This document shows positions 50,623 through 63,080 of a stretch of 64,000 bases of DNA, piece after piece. A program made the translations under genes and the position numbers. Each line of letters opens with the position of its first letter. Position 1 is the stretch's first letter. The notes beneath the pieces were generated by a model. That model searched no databases and was not told the origin of the DNA. It worked only from the letters and a program-made list of their open reading frames with translations. The stretch comes from Octopus vulgaris (lineage: Eukaryota). Where the stretch lies: the NCBI GenBank assembly GCA_951406725.2, contig OX597830.1, positions 66,898,001 through 66,962,000 of the forward strand, given 5' to 3'.

Positions 50623-51750
50623 CTCTTTGGATGATTTAAGTTGCTTTGGTAGTATTTTTTTTCACCAAATAATTGATTAAAAAATTATGGAAGACCCTAC
50701 AAACAAAAAAAAAATTGTACATACAACAAATTAGAGAAAATCTTGTGTAAACCATTGTTTTCCCCAATTTGTCCATTTACGCAGGAGCTAGGGGCAAAAT
50801 GTTAAAGTGCATGACCATCCTCAGGACATAAGTGTGTGTGTAAAGTTTGGTGAGAATCGGAAGAGAATTGTGGAAATGTATGTGTTAGTCGATACACACA
50901 CACACATACATACTGTGATTTATATACACTAGACTAGCAAACATACCTGTCCTTTGAACGGTTTAAGTTGCTTTGTTGGTATTTTTTTCACCAAATAATT
51001 GAACTACCAAGAAGGTTTATGAGTAGCACGGCAATCTATGTTTCCAATTAACCTAGGAATGGAAAACCAAATTGAAGGCTGGTTATTGTGGAGATCATTG
51101 CACTTTAATGATCAAAGAACATATAAGTTTGCAAGCGATGCAAAGTAGAGCTACTGAAGTGTTTTGGGAGTAGATTACAGATAATGACTACAAAATGTAG
51201 TTGTTTTACATGAAAGTGAAATTTCTTGTCAGAAACAGCCACATAAATGGTGTAAGGAAATTGAAGGAAGACATTGAAACTTCCCCTCTGAGAGTTTATT
51301 TTATTCAACAGGAAAGGAAGTTATTTTTTTCAGAGAGATAAGCTAACAAAAGCCCCTTTATTCTGTCTTCCCACAAAGCATGCATATAAACTAACAGTGA
51401 ATGCCATATAAAGTTAAAATGGTATGGAGCTTCCTGAAAGATACGTATAGCTTTCGCGAGTAAAAGCACAATTCTTATTTAAAGGTTGATTCTATGGGAC
51501 AAATCAGATGTGATTGTTTAAAAATGGCTAGAATGACAATCTAAGATGTAATATCAACAAATAGAAGACAAAGAAGGGAACATCCCATTTCAAGTAACTC
51601 AGAAAAGGTAAAGGTAAGCTTGCCAAACTTTAATGCCATTTAAAAATAGGGATTAAGATTGTTTGGTATTGGATATTCATCATGTACAGTGTTCAAAGTC
51701 AACTTAATCACTGTCACAGGTAGAGAGATGAAATAAATAAATAGACAAAA
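50622..51750 (-). mobile_element. Tandem Helitron units with a CTAG|TC junction at 50934/50933 and possible decayed helicase sequence
   Basis: The subterminal sequence ttaagttgcttt..caccaaataattga occurs at both ~50636 and ~50962. Weak PIF1-like peptides (NLNP..NGIK; IPF.L..F.V.L.YA). Confidence 0.5.
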
Positions 51751-52879
51751 TTTGCACGGTTCTACGAAAGAGTTGTACAAGCCCAAAGGATGTGGAAACA
51801 AGAAGTAAACTGAAACCCTTGTAGCAGTGGATTCGATCCCACGCTTAGCCACATGGTAATCTCAAGCCACAGTTCAGTCATAGTTTGAGCATATGCAACA
51901 ATCAAGATTTTCTCCAATAAACAACTGTTGTTCACGTGATAGTTTGGTGGCCTAACTAGAACCTTCCATGAGCAGGGTCTACAAATACAGCCATATTGAG
52001 TGGCAAAATTTAGAGTGTTTTGGGTTGAGTTGTGTTACACTCTCCCAATAGCAGTTCTGACAGCTGCATATTCAATCAAGGATAATCAAAGATGCATTAT
52101 GGCACCTTAATATTTACTTGGTATATAAAGAAAATTAACCCCTGTGTTGAGTTGCTAACAGATACTTTTTCTTCGTGTCATATTACACTGTTTCATCCAA
52201 ATGTTTCCATTAATTGTATTGCATGAACACCTTTCCTATTAATGTAACAAATAAATTAAGTTCAAACACAATAAAAAGAGAACATGATACATCCTGTTAC
52301 ACCCTTAGAGCCATGTAACCATTCGAGAAACTTTCTTTTGGTATAAAGTTACAAATCTGATTAAGTCTGGAAGAGTCAACAGTTTTAGTGAGACACAACC
52401 ATATGTTACCAATCGTTTCCAACAAAATCCATACAGTTCAATACGGCAAGCTTTAAAAGTGCTCTCTGTTTCACACAGCTCTACCTTTCCCATGCTATTA
52501 TATTCAAATATAATGGCATGGGAAGATTTCAATTATGGATAGTTTAGACATTAACTGACAATGGTAAACGTACAAGACTGACCATATGTGACCATTGTTT
52601 CAAAAACCAGTGGCTCAAACTGCGTTGGGAACATTTTGCTCAGTGATGAAGCTATATCTCATGTTAGGGGTACTGTCAACATGTCAAATATGTTGTTATA
52701 AAAAAACCCCTAACAAAATACCTTGATTGTTGCTTACAATCGGTGGGAAGTAATACAACACAGTATCCTTTTAGTCACTAACTTTTAGTCCCTAACTTTT
52801 TGATGCCACTATATCAAAAGATAAATGAAATTTTTCATAATAGTTAGTTCTCACTGTGCTATGAGAGACACATAAGGCC

Positions 52880-53940
52880 ACAATATGATCTCGATCTCTC
52901 TAATCTGCTCTGTTTTCTGCCACGTTTCTGGTTTCATTTCAGCTTCTTCAGCCTTCTCATCTCTTTTCCTTGTCAATAGTCCTTCACCATGTAGCTTTAG
53001 GGCACCCTGCTGCCCTTTCTCCCTCAGACTGCCACTTTAGTGCCACCATACAATTGTTTTCTTGATCTTGTCTGAAGACATGTCAATCCACTTCCAGTGT
53101 CTGCATCACAGAAACTGCAACAGACTTCAGAATACCTTCAGCAAAATCTACTTTGTTACAAGCATTCAGGTTTTTGACACCTTTAACACCATTGCTAGGC
53201 ACCTCAGGGTTAGTTGTTTCTCTCAAAGCCATGTCGAACATGAGGTTGCAACATGATCTCTCCCACCATATCTGTTTTCTGTAACTGTTCTGGTGTCATT
53301 CCAGCTTTTCCACCCTTCTCGTTTCCTTCCTTTGTCAATAGTCCTTCGCCATGTGGTTTTAGGGCACCCTGTTGCTCTTTCCCCCTCAGGCTGTCACTGT
53401 GGTGCCATCATACAATCGCTTTCTTGACCTTATCTGAGGATGTGTCTGATCCAGTCCCAGGGTCAGCATCTTACTTCATCACTGATCCTATTGATGCCTG
53501 TTGTCGACTCAACTGCGTCGTTTCAGAATCTTTGCAACTATTTATTGTCGAATATTTTCCTTAAGCATGTAAATTTGAAGCTGAGGATCATTTTTTTTCT
53601 TTTCCCCAATTTTTGTCACTTTCCAGCTTTCACATCCATAGAGTAACACTGATTGTTAAGACGGCGAGCTGGCAGAATTGTTACCACGCTGGGGGAAATG
53701 CTTAGCGGTATTTCGTCTGCCGCTACGTTCTGAGTTCAAATTCCACCAAGGTCGACTTTGCCTTTCATCCTTTCAAGGTCGATAAATTAAGTACCAGTTA
53801 CGCACTGGGGTCGATGTAATCTACTTAATCCCTTTGTCCTTGTTTGTCCCTTCTGTGTTTAGCCCCTTGTGGGCAATAAAGAAATAAGAGTAATGCTGAT
53901 CGTACCAATGTCTTGAACAGTTTCGGCTTTGTTGAGCTGA
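52880..53940 (-). mobile_element. Two adjacent 3' fragments of an RTE-clade LINE, the second interrupted by a SINE
   Basis: Peptides KLFKTLVRSALLYGCESW, FTCLRKI and HVFRQDQENNCMVALKWQSEG. Segment 52880-53160 is repeated at 53250-53530. Confidence 0.7.
53657..53886 (+). mobile_element. Family C SINE inserted in an RTE ORF
   Basis: Imperfect 17-bp TSD agagtaacactgattgt / agagtaatgctgatcgt. Confidence 0.85.
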
Positions 53941-54398
53941 TTACAGACACAACAACAGATCAAAACCTACTCATTTTCATAATACCATACTCAATAATTA
54001 AAATAGTTGACAGAACTGCGAACGTGAAAATTAGTTTCATCATTGAATAAAGTATTCATACAGTGGTTTGTGTCTCTGAATATTGAAGTCAATGACGTGT
54101 TCACACATAACCGATTCTTGCATATTTATGATTGCCAATTAATTTCTGAGATATTCACAAATGGAAAGCATTTCTTGCTTCTGTATTTCAAATACCTTTG
54201 AGTAGAAATGTATGCGATAGAGAGCTGTTGTATTGAACTGAGTAGATTCAGCTGAGAATGAATGGTAACAGATAGCTGTGTTTCATTGAGGCTGTTTGGC
54301 CTTCCAGATTTTGGTAAGTCCTCAACTGTTCCTGAACCTTTGGGTAAAAATATTCTCAAGCATTATTCTATAAGATGATGCAAATCGATGTACAGAAA

Positions 54399-54775
54399 TT
54401 ACTTACTTACTTGTACTTGTGGCAACATCCACCCTGGGTGGGTTGAGTCGGCTTCTTCTACCACCCTCGAGGCATCTCGAACCATGGCAGAAGTTTTGTG
54501 GGAATATGTGGATTTCTTAAGCAGTCCCCAACAATCCCGCATGTAGAGACATCCTGTTTGCTGCAGATTGTCCGCAGATGCAGGGACAGAATGACCGAGG
54601 AGCCGCCGGTTGCCGAAACAGACACTTCGAGGATTTTTACCAGAGTCCCGTCTACTGAGTTGTGGCCCTAATACCACTCGGTGTCAGACCAATCTGCCTT
54701 GGGTGGCCCTACCAGGAACCGAAGTTCCCAACGGCATAGCTCTGACACTACCCGTTGCCAGCGTCCCCACCATTG
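54399..54775 (-). mobile_element. Short GC-rich bipartite RTE-derived retroposon (RTE/BovB-like 5' motif plus (TAAG)n tail)
   Basis: GAGCTATGCCG..GGTAGGGCCACCCAAGGCAGA resembles the 5' ends of BovB/Expander as I recall them; 3' aagtacaagtaagtaagtaa tail. Confidence 0.6.
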
Positions 54776-55141
54776 GTAGAAAACAGATGGACAGATCTTT
54801 TGGCTACCAAGAAATCATGATCTTGGTTTTTGATTTTCTTCTTTTGGGTCTATCTTCGTGGTCAGCTCTGTGAAACTGCAATCACAGACATTGAGTATTT
54901 AGAATGAAGAATCTTAGTAGCAATGAAAATTTAGATCACATTGCTCTTGGCGAATTCGATTTTAGTCGTTGAGAACAAAAATGTTGATAATCTGCTGGAC
55001 ATTTTGAGCTGTTTGCAAAGTAAAATGGCATGGACTTTATTTAGACACTATACAACTTTTTATTTGTCTGTCTGCTTCTGTCTCACTCTCTGGTTCTCTG
55101 CATATATGTATATATGTATATATGAACACACACTCTCTCTC

Positions 55142-55189
<48 letters not shown>

Positions 55190-55376
55190 ACTCACACACG
55201 CTTAGCTGTTTGGCAAAAGAAACCAATAGAATAAGTACCAAACAATAATAATAATACATACATACATACATACATGCTTAATCACCAAGAATGCATACAC
55301 ACATACACATACACTGTAAACACATATATACATATGTGCATACATACATGTACACATACACATATATATTCGCACA

Positions 55377-55415
<39 letters not shown>

Positions 55416-55624
55416 CATGCATATATACATGCATACATGTATGCATACACACACACACACACATATATATATATATGCACGCATGCCTACATACATACAC
55501 ATACATGCATACAGGTATGCTCGTACAGACATAAACGTACACACATACACACACACACAGAGTGTATATAATTGCATAACATAGATAATCACATATATAC
55601 ACCTATATGAACACACATATGTAA

Positions 55625-55664
<40 letters not shown>

Positions 55665-55957
55665 TAAATTAGAGATAAAACCACTATTAGGCAAATCAAA
55701 CAGTGAAAATCATAAGCCAATACACAGAAATAAAATTAATTAAAAAATATATAAAAAATATAAAATATAAAATATAAAAATCCAATTAAAATATTTAAAT
55801 TAAAGTTAAAATTTTAAAAAATTATTTAAATTAATAATTTAAACTTACAAATTTAAAATATATATCTATAAATATATATTTATATGTGACCTCGTGAAGA
55901 CTACCTGCAATTTTTTTTTCCTCTGTCCTCCCGTCTCGGGATCTTTCTTTCTCCTAT

Positions 55958-55992
55958 GTTTCCGACGAGGAGCTCCGCTCGAAACATCATAC
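55958..55992 (+). ncRNA. Degenerate minimal hammerhead motif in a PLE-like repeat
   Basis: gttt CCGACGA g gagc-tcc-gctc GAAA ca UC atac. U4C change; stem III ACGT probably decayed to ACAT. Confidence 0.5.
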
Positions 55993-56429
55993 CCACCTTC
56001 TTCCATTTTCCTGAGCGCCTAATAATAATAATACTGTAATTGTTCCACGTGTTGTTGTTTTTTCTGTTTTCCCGTTTGGATTAACCTTATATATATTTAT
56101 TATTATTTTATTTATTTATTTATTTATTTATTTTTTTTAAAAACTATCATACATACATACGTACGTACATACATACATACATACACACATACATACACAC
56201 TGGCTACATCGATATATGAATATGCCTTCACCAAGGTGCACAACTGTTCAATTGGCTAACAGATTCTAAAAATAGATGGTTATTTATAGCCAAAATTTAA
56301 TTGGATTTGTTTAAAATACATTCATATACGCACACACATTCCCACGCACAAGCATACACACGTATATATATTCTATGCTGCTCTGCTTGTTTTGTTCCTG
56401 CAAATACTACATATATATACAAATGCATA

Positions 56430-56593
56430 TATGCATATACATACATGCATACATACATTCATACATACATACATACATACATACATACATTCATACATAC
56501 ATACATACATACATACATACATACATACATACATACATACATACATACATACATACATACATACATACATACATACATACATACATACATACA

Positions 56594-56626
<33 letters not shown>

Positions 56627-56753
56627 GCATACATTCATACATACATACATTCATACATACATACATACATACATACATACATACATACATACATACATAC
56701 ATACATACATACATACATACATACATACATACATACATACATACATACATACA

Positions 56754-56786
<33 letters not shown>

Positions 56787-57085
56787 GCATACATACATAC
56801 ATACATACATACATACATACATACATACATACATACATACATACATACATACATACATACATACATACATACATACATACATACATACATACATACATAC
56901 ATACATACATACATACATACATACATACATACATACATACATACATACATACATAGATACATACATTCATACATACATACATACATTCATACATACATAC
57001 ATACATACATACATACATACATACATACATACATACATACATACATACATACATACATACATACATACATACATACATACATACA

Positions 57086-57118
<33 letters not shown>

Positions 57119-57269
57119 GCATACATACATACATACATACATACATACATACATACATACATACATACATACATACATACATACATACATACATACATAC
57201 ATACATACATACATACATACATACATACATACATACATACATACATACATACATACATACATACATACA

Positions 57270-57304
<35 letters not shown>

Positions 57305-57319
57305 GCATACATACATACA

Positions 57320-57353
<34 letters not shown>

Positions 57354-57430
57354 CATACATCCATAGATACATACATACATACAAAAATACATACATACAT
57401 GCATCCATACATACATACATACATATATAA
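56430..57430. repeat. ~1-kb (CATA)n microsatellite
   Basis: Seen directly. Confidence 0.97.
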
Positions 57431-58164
57431 ATACATACATACATCATACATACATACATTATATACATACATGTATGTATATGTTTATATGTATGTATAA
57501 ATATCTTTTATCATTCACCTGTTTCAATTATTACATTGTGGCCATGCTGGGGTACCGCCTTGAAGTATTTCGGTCAAATGAATTGACCCTAATAATTTTT
57601 TTCTTTTCAAAGCCCGGAACTTATTCTATCAGTCTGTTTTGCCGAACCGCTAAGTTACAGGGATGTAAACACACCAACACCAGTTGGTGTTGGTGGTAGC
57701 GGGGGACAATCTCAAGTAGACACATGCACATACATGTGCACACACACACATATACACTTATATACATATATACATATATATATATATGTATGTATGTGTG
57801 TACACACACACACACACACACACACATACACACACACACACATATATTGGTCAATAGTTCATATATCCGAAAAAGAAGCAGACTCTAATACAATAAAGCA
57901 GTAATATATTTAAAAGGTCATTTATTATGGCTGGTCAGAGAGTGACCATTAGTTTTGCACCTATAAAGCACGCAGCTGTATAGGCATAGCACGAATTTAT
58001 ATTAGTTTCCATGTTCGTTTCACCATAGAGGTTATTTGTAACTTCGCACTGGATGTCCCAAATACAGGTCGATGCTCAACTGTCAACGGTCGCAATTGCA
58101 AATTTAATTTTTACGCGCGCACACAGACACAATATATATATATATATATATTCATTTTCGTTTA

Positions 58165-58615
58165 CAATTTACTTGTTTATGATTGCAGCCGTGCTGGAGC
58201 ACTGCCTTAAAGGGTTTTTTTCAGTTGAAGAAATCAACCCGAGGACTTACTCTTCGTAAGCCAAGTACTTAATTCTATCAGTCTTTTTTGCTGAACCATT
58301 ATGTTACAGGGACGTAAACACACCAACATCAGTTGCCAAGTAATGGTGGGTAGACAAACACAGACACAAAGACACATATTCAGATGAATATATATAAATA
58401 TATGCATATATATCTATCTAGATATATGTATATATATATATGTATACACACACACATATACACACACACATATATATATATATATATGTATATATACAAT
58501 AGGCTTCTTTCAGTTTCCATCTACCAAATCCATTCATAAGGCTTTTGCTGGCCTGCTGATATAGTAGAAGACACTTGCTCAAGGTGCAATGCAGTGAAAC
58601 TGATCCCAGAACCAT
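58165..58615 (-). mobile_element. Family A SINE
   Basis: Matches the family-A consensus. Confidence 0.75.
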
Positions 58616-59090
58616 GTATATATATATATATATATGTGTGTGTGTATATATATATTGTTTTTGTCTTCAGTTACAATTAAAGTAATTTTACATTAATCTC
58701 ATGGGTTACTCTAATTCTTTTGTAGAGTACAAATTTATTATTCTTAAACAATGTTGTTGACAGTGACTTCAAAGTTTTGGATGCTTAACCCATTGATGGG
58801 GCTGTCTGACAATGGCTTAGCTGGGCAAAACTTCAAAGTCCCAGTTAACAATATTCTTGTTTAAGATGTGGGTGTGTGGTAAGAAGCTTGCTTCCCAACC
58901 ACATGGTTCTGGGCTCAGTCCCACGACATGACACCTTGAGCAAGTGTTTTCTCCTATTGCCAGGGGCTGACCAAAGCCTGTGAGGAGATTTGTAGATGGA
59001 AATCAAAACATGCTCGTTGTATATATATATATATATATATATAATGTTATCACTTGATATGAAAATTATGTATTAATGGAAAACCTCTAT

Positions 59091-59182
59091 TAATGGCTGA
59101 TGAGTGCTCAGCATTTTAAAACTGTTGTAATATTTACAACATTTAATAAAATGATGTAGTGCAAAACGATCGTACCAAATTA
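59091..59182 (+). ncRNA. Type I hammerhead motif with long stem II, G12A mutated
   Basis: taatgg CUGAUGA [gtgct/agtgc, catttta/taaaatg, tgttgtaa/ttacaaca] AAAA cgatcg UA cca. Lies between two (TA)n tracts. Confidence 0.65.
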
Positions 59183-59366
59183 CTGAAGTTATTCTTGTTG
59201 CTTATTTTGATTATATATATATATACATATGCTCGCTTAGCCAGCGGGGTGGCGTCATTCGAAGGCTAAAACAATGCAAACGCATTGTGACCAGCGATAT
59301 ATAACAACATCTGATGGTCTGGTCGGTCACATGATATATATACATATATATATATATATATGTGTG

Positions 59367-59405
<39 letters not shown>

Positions 59406-59966
59406 GGCAGAGTTTCTACAGTTACGAAGGGCATCCTTCTGTAGAAATTCTGCCAGATCAAGATTGGAGCCTGGTGCAGCCATCTGGTTCGCCAGCCCTC
59501 AATCAAATCGTCCAACCCATGCTAGCATGGAAAGCGGACGTTAAACGATGATGATGATGATAATAATGATATATAAATATATGTATATAAAACCTCAAAA
59601 TACACTGAAAGTTTTAGTCCCAGCAAGGTATTGTAAATAGATATTCATAAAATTTACGGATTTGGTTTACTCCATCAATTGGACCCTTAACGTTGATCCC
59701 ATGCTGATTTAACATTACCCACAGGTTCCACGTACCCAAGTGCACTCATGTAACCCGAGATTATAACAAAATACATCTGCACGAAAAGCTTTAAAGTGGG
59801 ACTGATCTAGGGACTACATGCTTACAACGTGAACCTCTTAACCATTGGTTCTCAACCAGTGTCCATATGACCCTTAGGGGTCCACATAAGATTTTGTTCT
59901 TAAAATTTATCTGCAATAAATCTCTCATGCTTCTACAACACTCGAAAGATTATAACAATTTTTTTA

Positions 59967-60378
59967 GGCGCAGGAGTGGCTGTGTGGTAAGTAGCTTGCT
60001 TACCAACTACATGGTTCCAGGTTCATTCCCACTGCGTGGCACCTTGGGCAAGTGTCTTCTACTATAGCCTCGGGCTGATCAAAGCCTTGTGAGTGGATTT
60101 GGTAGACGGAAACTGAAAGAAGCCCGTCGTATATATGTATATATGTATGTGTGTGTGTATATGATTGTGTGTCTGTGTTTGTCCCCCCCCAACATCGCTT
60201 GACAACCGATGCTGGTGTGTTTACGTCCCCATAACTTAGCAGTTCGGCAAAAGAGACCAATAGAATAAGTACTAGGCTTACAAAGAATAAGTTCTGGGGT
60301 CGATTTGCTCGACTAAAGGCGGTGCTCCAGCATGGCCGTGGTCAAATGACTGAAACAAGTAAAAGAGAGTAAAAGAGA
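59967..60378 (+). mobile_element. Family A SINE, young
   Basis: Near-consensus; CpGs retained. Confidence 0.88.
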
Positions 60379-60417
60379 ATATGCAATTCCTAATAATATT
60401 TAATTAAAAATAATATA

Positions 60418-61061
60418 CAGTAATCCCTTGATTATCGCAGGTGTTACCTTCCAAACCCCCCCACAATAGGTGAAAATCTGCAAAGCAGAAACAGTACTCT
60501 TTTACTCTTTTACTTGTTTCAGTCATTTGACTGCGGCCATGCTGGAGCACCGCCTTTAATCAAGCAACTCGACCCCGGGACTTATTCTTTTGTAAGCCCA
60601 GTACTTATTCTATCAGTCTCTTTTGCCGAACCGCTAAGTAACGGGGACATAAACACACCAGCATCGGTTGTCAAGCAATGTTGGGGAGACAAACACAGAC
60701 ACAGAAACACACACACGCATATATATATACATATATACGACGGGCTTCTTTCAGTTTCCATCTACCAAATCCACTCACAAGGCATTGGTCGGCCCGGGGC
60801 TATAGCAGAAGACACTTGCCCAAGGTGCCACGCAGTGGGACTGAACCCGGAACCATGTGGTTGGTAAACAAGCTACTTACCACACAGCCACTCCTGTGCC
60901 TATATACAGTACTGTATATTTTTAAAATTATTTTTATAATCTGTATATATTTATGTTATTATAAAAGCAAAACAACACAACGGAGAAATTGCTGTAAGCT
61001 TAAATAATACCTCGATGGATGAACTGTGATTGGTGAACCGTGATATGGCGAGGAATTACTG
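60418..61061. mobile_element. pogo/Tigger-like MITE containing a SINE
   Basis: TA|CAGTAATCCCTTG...CGAGGAATTACTG|TA. Confidence 0.65.
60496..60899 (-). mobile_element. Family A SINE, young, inverted relative to 59967-60378
   Basis: Near-consensus; acagtact repeated on both flanks. Confidence 0.88.
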
Positions 61062-61869
61062 TAATGAGATTTTATTAAAACTTCAAATGGTTATAGGGGT
61101 CCATCCATGCAAAATAGGAATCAAAGGGGTTCATAGGTGTGGCTCTAATACATTCGGCACTGCTCTAAACCATTCGGCCATGTATACATTCATCCATATT
61201 CGTATGAACACGCTTTGGACTATGGCCATGCTGGGGCATGTGATCCGGTCCTGTTATATTGACCTCGGTATTCAGTTCAGACTTGTACTAATTTTATTGA
61301 TCTCTGCTTGTTGAATTTTTTGAGATATGGCGATACCTGGACTCAGATACTCACTGTGGGATTGAAACACTAACCACGAGATTGTGAGATGAAATTTTTA
61401 ACCACACAGCCATACCTATACATACACAGTAATTATGTGTACGTGTGTTTGTGTATGTGCATATGTATTTATAACATGTATACACACACATATGCATATT
61501 TATATATATGTATATATACATTCACACACACATGTATACACACACACATACCTACCCTCACACCATACATATACACATATGTAAACGTATATGTGTGGTG
61601 TATGTATGTATATATACATATACATAAGTGAGCATGTATGTATATGAGTATATATGTGTACAAGTGTATATTTATATGAATTCCATGAAGCACAACCGCC
61701 ATTTTGTTTTTTCCATAAATCTCTCTCTCTCTCTCTCTCTCATTCACTCTCTCTCCCTTTCTCTTTCTCTCTGTCTTTTTCCCCTCTCTCAGGTGTTATT
61801 TAGTAGACTAGGTAGCACCGTTTTATAATTATTAACTATTCTGAAAAAAAGAGAGAAAGAGAGAGCAAG

Positions 61870-61906
<37 letters not shown>

Positions 61907-62241
61907 GAGAGAGAGAGAGCAGTGAGTGAGAAGAGAAAGTGGGAGATGGTGGTGGGGTTGAAGAGACGGGGGGGGGGGAGGAGAAAGAGGGTGATGTTAA
62001 AAACAGAAATGGGGTATCAGGACAGTCGATGTCGATGGCGGATGAGAACGGGTGTAATAGATAACGAAAGGTGTGTTCGTATAAGTGAAAGGAGGGTTGC
62101 CGTCTTCCCGATCTATTGTTTTGATTATTTATATACAGCATTCTGCTTTATAACTGACAACGGGGGAACAACATCAAAGTGTAGCCTGATATAATTACAG
62201 GTATATTTTTTTTTTATATAAAACCAACACTATTGCGGGCG

Positions 62242-62298
<57 letters not shown>

Positions 62299-62841
62299 TA
62301 GTTTGTTTTTTCTTCTTTAAACTTTCACATAGTAAAATAATGGCTTTAATGATCAGATCCAATTCTTTCAATGTTTTCAGTACGTCAGCAATAGCATACT
62401 TAACATCGATTTCTGGAGAATTCTGGGTGAAGGTGGTGGTGGTGGTGGTGGTGGTGTGGTGACAGTGGTGATGGTGATGATGGTGATGATGGTGGTGATG
62501 GTGATGATGGTGATGATGGTGATGACGACAAGTGGAGAAGGTGGTGGTGACGGTGACAACACCGTTGATGATGACGATGATGGTTGTGGTGGCGACGGTG
62601 GTGGTGGTGGTGGTGGTGTTGGTGGTGGTGGTGACGATGACGATGACGATGATGCCAGTTGCCGGCGACGGCGACGGCGGTGCTGGCTGGTGACGATTAT
62701 TATGATGATGATGGAAGATGCTCTGCGTTTACAATTACCAAATCGATCTAATTATTTTAAACGTAGAGGTTTCTTTTCTTCCTTCTCTCTCTCTCGCTCC
62801 TTCTTCTCCTCTTCTCTTCTCTCTCCTTCTCACCTTGTCCC

Positions 62842-62909
<68 letters not shown>

Positions 62910-63009
62910 AGATTTCGATATCTGATGATGAAAATTCATGATTAAAAATTTACTCAAATTTTCTAAAGCGTAACTCATTTTCTTTGATGATATAATTCTC
63001 ACATTATTA

Positions 63010-63080
<71 letters not shown>

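Noticed and set aside
52630-52690. ILLSDEAISHVRGTVN Tc1-like motif (and GTVEDLPKSGRP at ~54300 -)
   Set aside because: Probably transposase crumbs, but too short to delimit as features.
56301-57500. 399-aa ORF and the many other YIHT/CVCV/poly-D/poly-M ORFs
   Set aside because: Translations of stop-free microsatellites; no coding signal.
57940-57990. Half-hammerhead on the minus strand (similar at ~30190-30250)
   Set aside because: CUGANGA and stem I are missing; cannot be distinguished from chance.
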